Shown: positions 28,612-38,391, counted from the stretch's first letter. The stretch: 64,000 nucleotides of DNA from Terriglobia bacterium (GCA_951813285.1 OX638355.1:4712437-4776436), one strand, 5' to 3'. Notes: generated by a model not told the origin, from the sequence alone. Program-made: numbers and translations.

Positions 28612-29679
28612 ATGAACGCCAGCAGAGGGTTGGGCGGGGCGATTCTGTTTCTGCTTGGATTGGCGGGTCTCTGCACCATTCCGGGGTGCTCCCCCGCCCC
28701 GGACCCTTTGGCCCCCGGGACCGAGCTTCACTGGAGTAAATCCACGCCGCTTCCCGAGCCGCGGGCCGGTCATGCCGCCGGCCTGCTGGACGGCAAGTTC
28801 GTGATCGCGGGCGGCACCTGGTGGGAGGGGGAAATGGGCAACTGGACCCAAAAGATCTTCTCGGCAAGCACCCACGCCTTCGATCCCGAGACCGAGGCCT
28901 GGGAGCGGCTGCCGGATGCCCCCTTCCCCTTCGGCTACTCGGCCTATACCGTGGTGGAAAACCGGCTTTACGTTCTGGGGGGCTTCGACGGCCGGCAGGA
29001 GATCGGCAAGATCCTGAGGCTATCCAGGAATGGGGACGGATACCAGTGGGAGGTCTTCGGCGAGCTGCCCCGGACCCGCCTGTTCGGATGGGCCGGAAGT
29101 TCCGGGTCTTCCCTGTTCCTGCTGGGCGGGGTGGAGCGCTTCGAACCCACCGACGAGGCGGGCACCTGCTGCACCTCCAAGACGGCCACCAACAGCTTGA
29201 GCGTTCTGGACACGGCCGCGCCCGAAAAAGGCTGGCGGGAGCTATCGCCCTATCCCGGTGGCAAACGGTGGCTGTTTGCTGCCGAGGGCGACGGAGAGAA
29301 CATCTGGCTGTTCGGCGGGATCGACTCTCCCGAGGCGGGGGTGCCGCCATTCCAGTTCAACCAGGCCCTGCAATACGACCTCAAGCAGGACCTCTGGGAG
29401 GAACTTCCTCCCCTGCCCGAGGACACCCTGGAGGCCAGGCCGCTGGTTCCGCTCCATGTTCCGGGGAGAATCCTCTTCATGAGCTTTGCCAAGACGGTGT
29501 GGCAGCTCGACCTGCAAACCCTGGAGTACAGCCAACTCACACCCATGCCCGAAGAAGCCTTCGTGGATCGGTTCGCCTGGCATGAGGGCCGCATCATCGG
29601 CGCCGGGGGAGAGAACAAGATCGAGTCTCCCCGGCGGCGGTCGGAATGGACTTTCATCGGCGAGTTTCGGGCGGAATAG
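28612..29679 (+). CDS. Kelch-repeat beta-propeller lipoprotein; same fold as NanM/YjhT (N-acetylneuraminate mutarotase)
   Basis: Lipoprotein-type signal 'LLGLAGLCTIPGCS'. Six blades with GG doublets ('VIAGG','LYVLGGFDG','LFLLGG','IWLFGG','IIGAGGEN'). About 355 aa, matching NanM size. Calling it NanM-like is an inference. Confidence 0.7.
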   Translation: MNASRGLGGAILFLLGLAGLCTIPGCSPAPDPLAPGTELHWSKSTPLPEPRAGHAAGLLDGKFVIAGGTWWEGEMGNWTQKIFSASTHAFDPETEAWERLPDAPFPFGYSAYTVVENRLYVLGGFDGRQEIGKILRLSRNGDGYQWEVFGELPRTRLFGWAGSSGSSLFLLGGVERFEPTDEAGTCCTSKTATNSLSVLDTAAPEKGWRELSPYPGGKRWLFAAEGDGENIWLFGGIDSPEAGVPPFQFNQALQYDLKQDLWEELPPLPEDTLEARPLVPLHVPGRILFMSFAKTVWQLDLQTLEYSQLTPMPEEAFVDRFAWHEGRIIGAGGENKIESPRRRSEWTFIGEFRAE

Positions 29680-29770
29680 CCGTTGGGGAAAAAGATACCC
29701 ACGAAGAGACACGAAGAATGACCCCCGGGAAAGAGACCCGGGAGCGGCCCACGGAATCGGAAAGAAAAAA

Positions 29771-30952
29771 ATGACCGAAGGCACCCTGCCCTCCTCAATC
29801 ACCGAGAAGCTGCTGGCGGCCGTCAACCCGGAGCGCCTGCTGCAGACGGCCACGGACCTGGTGGAGGTGCCCAGTCCCACCCGAAGCGCCGGACCCGCCG
29901 CCAACCGCCTGGCCGCCATTCTCCGGGAGGACGGATTCAAGGTAGAACGTCCGGAGGCAGACTGGGCCGAATCCCCGGCGGTGGTGACCCGGCTGGACAG
30001 CGGCAGGCCCGGGCGCACCCTGCAGTTCGATGGGCACCTGGATACGGTCCACCTGCCCTTTGTGCCTCCCCGCTTCGAGCAGGGCGTGCTGCACGGCTCC
30101 GGGGCCTCGGATATGAAAGGGGGGATTGCCGCCTTCGTGGAGGCCCTGCGGGTGCTCCGGGAGACCGGCAGCCTGTCGGGCGGCGGCATCCTGCTGACCG
30201 CCCACGACCACCACGAGGGCCCCTGGGGGGACGGCCGCCAGGTGCGAGCCCTGATCGATGCCGGCTACACGGGAGACGGGGTGCTGCTTCCGGAATACCT
30301 GGGGGATCGGCTGGCCCTGGCCGGGCGAGGGTCGGGCATCTTTGAAATCACCATCAGCCGGGAGGAGCCGCCCGTCCACGAGGTGCTGCGTCCGGAGGGG
30401 CTGCCCGACGTGCTGGGGACCGGGGTGGAGTTGGCCGCCCGCTTCGCCCGCTGGCAGCAGGAGCTCGAGCAGCAGCGCGACCCCTACGCCGGCCACGACT
30501 CGATCTTCATCGGTAAATTCCACTCGGGCGAAATCTACAACCAGTCTCCGCGGGAATGCCGTCTCAACGGCATCCGCCGCTGGGTGACTCCGGGCGTGGG
30601 ACCCCGGGTGGAGGCCGACTTTCGCCAGCGTCTGCAGGATCTGGCCCGGGAGAGCCGCACCCGAATCACGGCAGACTACCACTTCATGGCCGAAGCCTTC
30701 CGCATCGATCCCGCCGAACCCCTGGTCTCGGCGCTTCAGTCGGCCCACACGGCCGCCGCCGGCAAGCCGCTGCCCCTTGGAGGCAAGCCCTTTGTGGACG
30801 ACGGCAACGCCTTCTGCAACCGGGCCGGCATCCCCGCCCTGACCCACGGCCCCCTGGCCCGGGGCGCCCACACCACCAGCGAGACGGTCACGCTGGACGA
30901 GCTGGTCCGCGTGGCCCGGGTCTACGCCCTGACGGCTGCAACCTATTGTTAG
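29771..30952 (+). CDS. M20-family metallopeptidase / deacylase (ArgE/DapE/ACY1-like)
   Basis: From 'MTEGTLPSS'. 'GHLDTVH', 'GASDMKGG', 'HDHHEG' metal-binding motifs of the M20 family. Confidence 0.85.
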   Translation: MTEGTLPSSITEKLLAAVNPERLLQTATDLVEVPSPTRSAGPAANRLAAILREDGFKVERPEADWAESPAVVTRLDSGRPGRTLQFDGHLDTVHLPFVPPRFEQGVLHGSGASDMKGGIAAFVEALRVLRETGSLSGGGILLTAHDHHEGPWGDGRQVRALIDAGYTGDGVLLPEYLGDRLALAGRGSGIFEITISREEPPVHEVLRPEGLPDVLGTGVELAARFARWQQELEQQRDPYAGHDSIFIGKFHSGEIYNQSPRECRLNGIRRWVTPGVGPRVEADFRQRLQDLARESRTRITADYHFMAEAFRIDPAEPLVSALQSAHTAAAGKPLPLGGKPFVDDGNAFCNRAGIPALTHGPLARGAHTTSETVTLDELVRVARVYALTAATYC

Positions 30953-31003
30953 GGGTTGGTGGAAAGTGGGGAGTCTGCGTTTCTCTATGTGAGGTCGGTG
31001 TTG

Positions 31004-31237
31004 GCCCCCCTCCTGATCGACTGCGGGCTGCGCCCTTGTCTCTCCGACTCCCCCTCAAGAGGGGAGTGATACTTGAGGCCTGCACCAGGCCTCTTGCCCG
31101 ATTCCTGGGCAGGATGTAAACCATGTTCCCGGTCTACCGCATAGACTCCGTTCCCTCTTCATCACACGGATATCACTCCCCCCTTGAGGGGGAGTCGGAG
31201 AAGCCGAGCCGCAGGCGAAGGCTGATGCGGTGGGGGG
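31004..31237. repeat. Hairpin-TIR repeat, family R copy 1 (TIR TCTCCGACTCCCCCTCAAGGGGGGAGTGATA at both ends, inverted)
   Basis: Left 31040-31070 and right 31172-31202 are reverse complements. Each contains the CTCCCCC-tcaa-GGGGGAG stem-loop. The first about 130 bp match 52233-52365 and 58010-58244 (reverse). Confidence 0.55.
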
Positions 31238-31376
31238 TTCGCACAAGGCGAGCCACAGGCGAGATCTTGTGCGCCGCTGCGGGGTTCGCACGAGGTGAGT
31301 TGCCAAGCGAAAACCTGTGCATCGATGTTAATTCTTCTCATAAATCACAGGGTGGAAAGCCCCGCCGGCTTGCCCA

Positions 31377-32489
31377 TCAGGCGCTGACCTTGAGGCGGTG
31401 GGCCTTGACTCTGCCCTGGCCGTCCTCGATGGTCCAGTAGGCGGCCAGGATGGTGCCGTCCTGCAGGGGCAGCAGCGACGCCTGGCCGAACCGCAGGGAC
31501 TGGAACATCTCGTGGATCACCTGGCCGGAATCGGTCGCCAGAGACTGACCGGCGTTCCAGATGAACTTCTCCTCCAGCGTCTTCCAGCGGTCTCCCGCCA
31601 GGTCGACGATCCGGATGCAGATGCCCAGATCCCCCTCCCGGTGGCAGTGGATGGTCAGCAGCAGGTCGTCGCCCAGCCACATCAGGTTGGATGCCTGGGC
31701 TTGATGACCGGTGTTGATCGGGTCCAACCAGGTGTGGCCGTTGTCCCGGGAGATGGCCACGTAGTTGGGCAGGTGTTTGGAGGCCGGAAAGTCGTAGGCC
31801 CAGGTAATGGCCACCACCCGCCCTGGCTGCATCTCGCAGATCCGTGACTCCCAGGCCGTCACTTCCCTGCCGGGGAGGTCGAAGAAGCGACCTCTGTCGT
31901 CCCAGGTTTCCCCGTTATCCCGGCTCCTGAACAGGACGCCGTACTGGCCGGAGGGATTGGAGCCGTCGGGCATCTTGAAGACGCCGGCCACGGCCAGCAG
32001 GTCACCCTCCGCGGTCTGAATGCAGGGACCCGAGATCTCCAGCAGTTCCGGGTGGCTGCGGGGAATGACCCGAGGGACTGTCCAGGTCCTGCCGTCGTCC
32101 TCGGAGAAAGAAACGATGTCATCTCCCGGCAGGATGCCTCCGGTCTCTTCGATGCTGATCCCCTGCTCCAGGTCGTGCCGGTAGAAGCAATAGCCGACCG
32201 CGATCAAGCGACCGTCCCGCAGCCGGGTGGCCTTCAGGCATTCGCTGGTCACCACCGGGTCCAGCGATTTGTCGTAGAGCGGCCCCTGCAGAGTCCAGCT
32301 TCGCCCGCCGTCCCGGGACCGCGAGACATGGGTGGTGGAGTTGGGCGACTCGAAGGCTTCTCCAAGGACGAACAGATTCAGCAGCTCCCCGTCGGACAAC
32401 TCCACCAAGCCGGGGAAAATCCCGTGGCGACTGTGGACTTGAGGCCTGGGATTGTCGTAGATGGTGACGTCTTCAATGACCTCGATCAT
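31377..32489 (-). CDS. BNR/Asp-box repeat protein, sialidase-like (GH33-like) fold, no signal peptide
   Basis: Four Asp-boxes 'SRDGGRSW','SEDDGRTW','SRDNGETW','SRDNGHTW'. 370 aa with no N-terminal hydrophobic segment. Confidence 0.8.
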   Translation of the reverse strand: MIEVIEDVTIYDNPRPQVHSRHGIFPGLVELSDGELLNLFVLGEAFESPNSTTHVSRSRDGGRSWTLQGPLYDKSLDPVVTSECLKATRLRDGRLIAVGYCFYRHDLEQGISIEETGGILPGDDIVSFSEDDGRTWTVPRVIPRSHPELLEISGPCIQTAEGDLLAVAGVFKMPDGSNPSGQYGVLFRSRDNGETWDDRGRFFDLPGREVTAWESRICEMQPGRVVAITWAYDFPASKHLPNYVAISRDNGHTWLDPINTGHQAQASNLMWLGDDLLLTIHCHREGDLGICIRIVDLAGDRWKTLEEKFIWNAGQSLATDSGQVIHEMFQSLRFGQASLLPLQDGTILAAYWTIEDGQGRVKAHRLKVSA

Positions 32490-32715
32490 GGATGGGTCCT
32501 CTCGAAAGGGGTGGGAGGGAATCTTCCGCTCCGGGCAAACCGGCGGAACCGGAAGGCCCCCGAGCGGGCCGCGGCGCGGTTTGCCAACGGGACAGCCATG
32601 GTGTATGGTTTTCCGTCGAGTGTCAATCGAAGTTTAGGGGCTTCGAGGGAGACAGAGCCGGACAGGTCCGAGGAACGAAACCTCCCATTTCATCGCACTG
32701 AGGAGACAGCCGCTC

Positions 32716-33468
32716 ATGAATCCGTATTCACAGTATCACCAGGAATTTTTCAGAAACGGTTTCGTCAGGCTCAAGGGCTACCTGACGCCCGAGGAGGTGC
32801 GGAACCTGGAGAAGAATCTAAAGCGCTACTTGGGCGAGATCGCCCCCGGCCTGCCCCCCACCGACGTCTTTTACGAGATCCAGGGGCGCGCGGAAACCCT
32901 CAAGCAGATGCAGAAAATGGAGGCGCACGACCCTTTCTTCCAGTCCATTACCGCTCTCCCCAAGTTCGCCAGGCTGGCCGAAGCGCTACTGGACACGCCG
33001 GTCGTTCTCCGAGGGGTAGAGCTCTTCAACAAGCCGGCGGGTATCGGAAAGCCCACGCCTCCCCACCAGGACGGATACTATTTCTGCCTGGTCCCCAGCC
33101 AGGCCGTGACCCTGTGGTTCCCGCTGGATCCGGTGAGCGAGGAGAACGGGTGCATCCGCTACGTCCGGGGCTCGCACCGCAAGGGCATCCGTCCTCACCG
33201 GGTGTCGAACATCCTGGGTTTTTCCCAGGGACTGAGCGACTGGGGGCCCGAGGATGAAGCCGCCGAAGTCAAGGCGCTGGCTTCGCCGGGAGACCTGCTG
33301 GCCCACCACTGCGACATGATTCACCGCGCCGATGCCAATCCCAGCCGGATCTCCCGCAGGGCTCTGGCCATCGTCTACGACGCCGCCTCCGCCACCATCG
33401 ACCAGGCAGCCCAAGCCCGCTACAAACAGTCCTCGACGGCTCAGCGGGTCGAGATACAGTCCCGGTGA
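32716..33468 (+). CDS. Phytanoyl-CoA dioxygenase (PhyH) family protein (second copy)
   Basis: 'PHQDGYYF' (HxD), 'HHCDMIHRADANPSRISRRALAIVY' (distal His, Arg). Confidence 0.85.
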   Translation: MNPYSQYHQEFFRNGFVRLKGYLTPEEVRNLEKNLKRYLGEIAPGLPPTDVFYEIQGRAETLKQMQKMEAHDPFFQSITALPKFARLAEALLDTPVVLRGVELFNKPAGIGKPTPPHQDGYYFCLVPSQAVTLWFPLDPVSEENGCIRYVRGSHRKGIRPHRVSNILGFSQGLSDWGPEDEAAEVKALASPGDLLAHHCDMIHRADANPSRISRRALAIVYDAASATIDQAAQARYKQSSTAQRVEIQSR

Positions 33469-33483
33469 AATTCCCCGAACCGC

Positions 33484-34611
33484 CTACTCCACTCTCAGAC
33501 GGGCAAAGCGGATCTGGGTGACGGATACCTCGGTGCACCAGAAGGTCGCCAGGATATCGCCGTCGTCCAACACGGTCGCCATGGGAGCCCCGAAGGCAAT
33601 GCTGTCATGGGACCGCGGGTAGGACTCGGGCGCATCGGTTCCGATCTTGTCGCGGCCGGTGGCGTCCCAAACCTGGATCTGGTTGTCGAGGTCCCAGGTG
33701 AGGCCTCCGTCCTGGGAGCAGGCCGCGAAAAACCCGGGAGGGTCGGTCTCCCGCACCGTATAGACCACCGCCATGCGGCCCCCGCCCACATCCACGGCCC
33801 AGTTGGTCTGTCCGGGGATGTTGGTCGGGACCGGCTCCGACCACTCCCGCCCGTCCGGGGTGCCGGTGGAAGCGTACAGCGTCAGGTTGCTCCCGGACTT
33901 GAGATCGGCCGTCCAGAACAGGGCAAACAGGCTGTCGTCGCGCTGCCGGATGACTCGCCCGTGCCAGTGGCCCTTACCGGTGTCCGATCCGACCCCGAAG
34001 ATCACCGGATCCCCCCAGCTTCGACCTTCATCCGAGGAAAAGAGCCCCACGGTCCTGGGCTTGTAGGGACCGGGGTCTTGGTAGGCGTGCCACTGGTCGA
34101 ACGCCTGAAACCAGTCTCCGTTCGACAAGACCACCGCGGAGCAACTGGGGGTGATCACCATGCCTTCGGGAACCCGTAGAACCCGTGGCCCCGTCCAATT
34201 GGCGCCCTTGTCGGCGGACCGGTAGAAGAGAGTGTCGGCAGGGAAAATGCCGCCGGTCTGCTCGTTGAACAACGGATGGGCCGGATCGGACCGGTCCCAG
34301 CGCTGGGCCGTCATCAGCAGGGAGCCGTCGGGCAGACAAGTGCACATGGGGGCGTGGTAGGAGTAGGCCCGGTCGTCCCCGGAGGCGTCATGGATCAGTC
34401 CCTCGGTCTGCCAGCTCCGCCCTCCGTCGCTGGAGCGCGCCTGTACCATCGCCGAGTCCACGCTGTAGAGGGCCTGGCCCCGTTGAAAGGTGCAGAGCAG
34501 CTCCCGCGGCGTCACCTGGACCAGGTAGCTGTGGCAGGCGAAATGGAACTCGTAGCCCGGATTGGTATTGCGGTAGACCACCCCCTGGTCGACCAGACGG
34601 ATGCTTGCCAT
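33484..34611 (-). CDS. BNR/Asp-box repeat protein, sialidase-like fold, no signal peptide (second copy)
   Basis: 'SSDGGRSW','SADKGANW','SSDEGRSW','SQDGGLTW' Asp-boxes. Confidence 0.8.
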   Translation of the reverse strand: MASIRLVDQGVVYRNTNPGYEFHFACHSYLVQVTPRELLCTFQRGQALYSVDSAMVQARSSDGGRSWQTEGLIHDASGDDRAYSYHAPMCTCLPDGSLLMTAQRWDRSDPAHPLFNEQTGGIFPADTLFYRSADKGANWTGPRVLRVPEGMVITPSCSAVVLSNGDWFQAFDQWHAYQDPGPYKPRTVGLFSSDEGRSWGDPVIFGVGSDTGKGHWHGRVIRQRDDSLFALFWTADLKSGSNLTLYASTGTPDGREWSEPVPTNIPGQTNWAVDVGGGRMAVVYTVRETDPPGFFAACSQDGGLTWDLDNQIQVWDATGRDKIGTDAPESYPRSHDSIAFGAPMATVLDDGDILATFWCTEVSVTQIRFARLRVE

Positions 34612-34839
34612 GAAATTTCTCCCCCGCGGGCGTCTCTCATCGATCGGACCGACTCATGAGTCCGTCCCCTGACCGCAGTCGGCAAAACACTCGGAGGGGG
34701 CGGTTGCTATCGGCGCCTGCACGATATAGGTCCTTTGCTGCCGGGGGACAGGAAATTCACCGGGGTTCGAGCATGGACGCAAATGGTTCGTCCGAGCCCA
34801 CCCGATCTCCACACACGGCGCTTATGACGACCAGGCTCG

Positions 34840-37311
34840 CTACACTTCGCCCGGCCTCGCCATACGGTAGCCGACCCGGCGTACGTTAAAGATGTAGGCG
34901 GAATTCTGCGCGTCATCGCCGAGCTTGCGACGGAGCCTCTTCACATAGGTGCGAACCAGGCGAGGATCGCCTTGCTCCCGCTTGCCCCACACTTGGCGCA
35001 GCAACGACTCGAAGGTGACGACCCGTCCCGCATTGACTGAAAGTACTCTGAGCAAATCGAATTCGGTGGCTGTCAACTCCAGCGGATTCCCGGCCACCTT
35101 CACCCGTCGTCCCGCGTAGTCGATCGCGACCTCCCCCAACCTGAAGGGTTCAGGCGGCTCGGCTACTCGGCGCAGGACCGCCTGGACTCTCGCCACCAGC
35201 TCCGTCCGCGAGAAGGGCTTGACGATGTAGTCGGAGGCGCCCTTCTGCAGGGCCTTGGCGACGGTCCCGTCCCTTCCATAACCGGAGATGAAAATGACCG
35301 GCAGACCGGCTATCTCCGGAACTCGCTCCATTAACTCAATGCCATCGGTTCCGGGCAGCATCAGGTCCAGCAGGACCAATTCGGGCTTCTTGGCATTGAT
35401 CAGATGGGGCACCTCCTGAGGGTCGCCCGTCACAAAGGGTATGTAGCCCGCGGCCGTAAGAGAGTCTCGAACGAAACGCAATGTCAGCGGGTCGTCGTCC
35501 ACCACCAGGATGCGTGTTCGCTCCAGTCTTTCCCGAGGCGAACGTGTGGGATTCAGGGCGAAGCCGTTAGTGGCACGGATGGCGGTCTCCTCGGCTATCG
35601 GAATCGTGAACGTGAATCGTGCGCCCAAACCTGTTCCACCGCTTTCCGCCCGGATGCGGCCCCCATGGGCTTCCACCAGTCCCTTGCAGATGGACAGCCC
35701 CAAGCCCGACCCCCTGATCCCGTCTTCGCCGCCTCCGACACGGGCGTACTTGCGGAACAGATTCGGCAACTGATCCGGAGGTATGCCCCGACCTTCATCC
35801 GAGATCGAGACGGCCACGTACAATCCATCCACTACGGCCGAGACCCGGATGGGCGCAGAGTCGGAAGACTGCCTCGACGCATTGGAGAAGAGGTTGTTGA
35901 GAACCTGGACGATGCGACGATGGTCGGCCAGCACCCGGGGCAGGTCTGGCGGCAGGTCGATCAGGAGGGCGTGCCGGCCACCGCCACTCAGAAAGGTATT
36001 CCTGGCTTGCTCCACCAGGTCGGCCACCTCTGCCGGCTCAGGCGTGACCGACAGAGTGCCCGCCTCGATACGCCCGGCATCCAGCAGGTCGCTGATCAGG
36101 CCGCGCATGTGATCGGCCTGTTGTTCGATGATGCGGAAAAACTGAATAATCTCGGCAAGGTCCGGGGCCGGAGAGGCGTCCATCACGGTGGCGGCCGAGC
36201 CCTTGATGGAAGTCAGCGGCGCTCGCAGTTCGTGACTCACCAAGCTCAGAAACTCGGCCCGCGACCGCTCCAGCTCTTCCAGCGGCGCCATGTCCTGAAT
36301 GACAACCACCACCGACTCGACCGCGCCGTCCCCGGAACGGATGGGCGTGGCGTTGACCAACGTGGTGACGCTCCCGCCGCCCGGAACTTCAAACACGGTC
36401 TCACTGGCACGCAGCATCGTACCTCTGCTCAGCACATGCGCCGCCGGATACTCTTCCAATGAGAATTCACTACCGTCGGCGCACCGGCACTTCATGACCT
36501 CCAGCAACTGTTCCGCGGACTGACCTGCGGGGCTCAGATCCTCGACAATTCGCCTCGCCTCCCGATTGATCAACACCGGCTGTCCGGTCCGCGCATTGAA
36601 AACCGCAACGCCTATAGGCGAGGTGTCAACCAGGGCCTCCAGATCGGCCCGGGCCCGATGCTCCTTACGGTAAGTGCGCGCGTTGGCGATCGCCGTGGCC
36701 GCCTGGGCGGCGAACAACACCAGAACATCCTCGTCTTCGCTGGAAAACTCCCGTCCGCCGGCCTTGCCGGCCAGATAGAAGATGCCGACACTCACCCCCC
36801 GATGACACAACGGCGTTCCCAGAACGGTCTTCGGCAGGATCGGGTGCCGGGAAAGACCAAGCGACCGGACGTAGCCATGCATGTCAGTTGATCTCAAGGC
36901 ACCCTCACGGTCCCGGAGGTGTTCGAACAACCGGAGCCCGTCGGCCCATTCCGTCATCTGGTGGCGCTCTTCCTGAGTGAAGCCGGAAAAAACGACCTCC
37001 TCCAACTGTCCCGAGTCCCCGATGGTCGCGATAACACCATAACGGGTGCCGATCAGCGCGCGGGCGCCTTCTACAATCTCGGACAAGACCGTGTCGAACT
37101 CAAGGCTTGCGCTGATGCGCAGGCTGGCCGCGCTTAGCTTGGAGATGCGATCCCGCAGGACCGCGACCTCCTGCATCAGTTCGTCGCGACTCTTCAATTC
37201 CCTTCTCCTTTGGATACCGGAGCCAAACCCGGCTCCTGGCCGCCGCTCCCTGTCTCGAAGCAGACACCGGAGTCGAGGCCCGCCAAGCTCCGCTGGCGCC
37301 AAGACCAGCAT
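34840..37311 (-). CDS. Full-length cytoplasmic hybrid sensor kinase / OmpR-type regulator (coiled-coil-GAF-PAS-HisKA-HATPase-REC-wHTH)
   Basis: 823-aa ORF with no TM segments. All domains readable. The real start may be the internal Met at about 37176 ('MQEVAVLRDRISKL') because the first 45 residues are Arg/Gly-rich. Confidence 0.85.
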   Translation of the reverse strand: MLVLAPAELGGPRLRCLLRDRERRPGAGFGSGIQRRRELKSRDELMQEVAVLRDRISKLSAASLRISASLEFDTVLSEIVEGARALIGTRYGVIATIGDSGQLEEVVFSGFTQEERHQMTEWADGLRLFEHLRDREGALRSTDMHGYVRSLGLSRHPILPKTVLGTPLCHRGVSVGIFYLAGKAGGREFSSEDEDVLVLFAAQAATAIANARTYRKEHRARADLEALVDTSPIGVAVFNARTGQPVLINREARRIVEDLSPAGQSAEQLLEVMKCRCADGSEFSLEEYPAAHVLSRGTMLRASETVFEVPGGGSVTTLVNATPIRSGDGAVESVVVVIQDMAPLEELERSRAEFLSLVSHELRAPLTSIKGSAATVMDASPAPDLAEIIQFFRIIEQQADHMRGLISDLLDAGRIEAGTLSVTPEPAEVADLVEQARNTFLSGGGRHALLIDLPPDLPRVLADHRRIVQVLNNLFSNASRQSSDSAPIRVSAVVDGLYVAVSISDEGRGIPPDQLPNLFRKYARVGGGEDGIRGSGLGLSICKGLVEAHGGRIRAESGGTGLGARFTFTIPIAEETAIRATNGFALNPTRSPRERLERTRILVVDDDPLTLRFVRDSLTAAGYIPFVTGDPQEVPHLINAKKPELVLLDLMLPGTDGIELMERVPEIAGLPVIFISGYGRDGTVAKALQKGASDYIVKPFSRTELVARVQAVLRRVAEPPEPFRLGEVAIDYAGRRVKVAGNPLELTATEFDLLRVLSVNAGRVVTFESLLRQVWGKREQGDPRLVRTYVKRLRRKLGDDAQNSAYIFNVRRVGYRMARPGEV

Positions 37312-37495
37312 CCTGACCCCATGAGTTCATGATAATAACACTAAAATGACTGAATTATTCACACTATTGGCATTCAGTTTTATTGCACAATCAGAAACAA
37401 GGCTGGAAAGGAAGGGTCGCGCTACGTCGATGCCTTGCAGTTACTGGACCGCACGGAAGAAGAGCTGCGGGAAGCCGAGGCCGAGAGAAAAACAG

Positions 37496-37708
37496 GGGAC
37501 GTTGTTGAATAATTGGAAATGCCGGGCGGGGTGATTCTGAAATGCCTTGGATTCGACTGGAAGGGCTCGAAACCTCGTCGTTTGACGGGATGTGCTGAGA
37601 ACCAGGACCGTTCAGCCGGGCCTGACCGAGCACCGGCTGCTCCTTTGCTGCCGGCCAGGGCTCACGCACGGGAAAAAAGTGATTCCCGTAAGCCAACAAC
37701 TTCGCCAT
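37496..37708. mobile_element. MITE-like element, family A long subfamily (about 210 bp); right terminus degenerate
   Basis: Left terminus GGGGACGTTGTTGAATAATTGGAA. The interior is about 75% identical to the 38392..38603 copy. Confidence 0.5.
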
Positions 37709-37736
37709 ATTTTATCCCCGCCAAAATCGGTTTGGG

Positions 37737-38198
37737 TCACGACGTGAGGATCTTGTAAAGCAGGCCGAACATGGGAATGAACAGCAGGCTGATGAGCGTC
37801 CAGATGATCTTGGTGAGGTTGTTCATCTCCGCTCGGAGAGCGGTGAATTGAGCTTGCAGACCCTTGATCTGAGTTTGCATCTCAGACCGGAGCTCGGTGA
37901 TCTGAGTTTGCACGTCGGACCGGAGCTCGGTGATCTGAGTTTGCACGTCGGACCGGAGCTCGGTGATCTGGGCTCCGATGGCGGTGGTGACGTTCTGGCC
38001 ACTCAAGTGACGTATCTCCTCGATGGCGGGATGGATCAACTTGGGGTCCGCGCCGCTGTCGATCAGGACCCGATGAATTGCGCTGGTTTGAGGTTTTGAC
38101 GAGGTCGGCACTAGCTTTCTCCCTTTCCGGATGGGGTGATTCCGCTCACCCAACCCGTGGAAACGATTCAATGCGAAGAGGGAGAAAGGTGCGGCCAC
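37737..38198 (-). CDS. Small coiled-coil protein with C-terminal TM anchor (DUF1640/XhlA-like architecture) and 3 tandem 11-aa repeats
   Basis: 'QITELRSDVQTQITELRSDVQTQITELRSEMQTQIKGLQAQFTALRAEMNNLTKIIWTLISLLFIPMFGLLYKIL'. A GTG start at 38111 preceded by AGGGAGAAAG is an alternative and would give 124 aa. The DUF1640 assignment is from memory of the family pattern. Confidence 0.5.
   Translation of the reverse strand: MAAPFSLFALNRFHGLGERNHPIRKGRKLVPTSSKPQTSAIHRVLIDSGADPKLIHPAIEEIRHLSGQNVTTAIGAQITELRSDVQTQITELRSDVQTQITELRSEMQTQIKGLQAQFTALRAEMNNLTKIIWTLISLLFIPMFGLLYKILTS
37869..37967. repeat. 33-bp direct tandem repeat x3 inside the coiled-coil gene (copies 2 and 3 identical)
   Basis: ctgagtttgca(c/t)(g/c)tc(g/a)gaccggagctcggtgat repeated at 37869, 37902 and 37935. 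Confidence 0.85.
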
Positions 38199-38391
38199 GC
38201 CGGGGACGGCCGGGGCCGATCGGCACCGGCGAAACCATACCTTGAACAGTATACCCTGACAGGCCCGCTATTGACGCCATGAATCCTTGCCCGGCGGCCC
38301 CGACTCAGTCTCGAGGCCACCGGGAACAATCAGGCAACCAATAGGGTTGCCGCCGACTTAGGGGGACAGCGCGAGATGGCCCGGGAGAACC

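Noticed and set aside
28079-29350. 423-aa minus-strand ORF across the FG-GAP 3' end and the Kelch gene
   Set aside because: Extremely Arg/Pro/Ser-rich and antisense to two well-supported secreted-protein genes.
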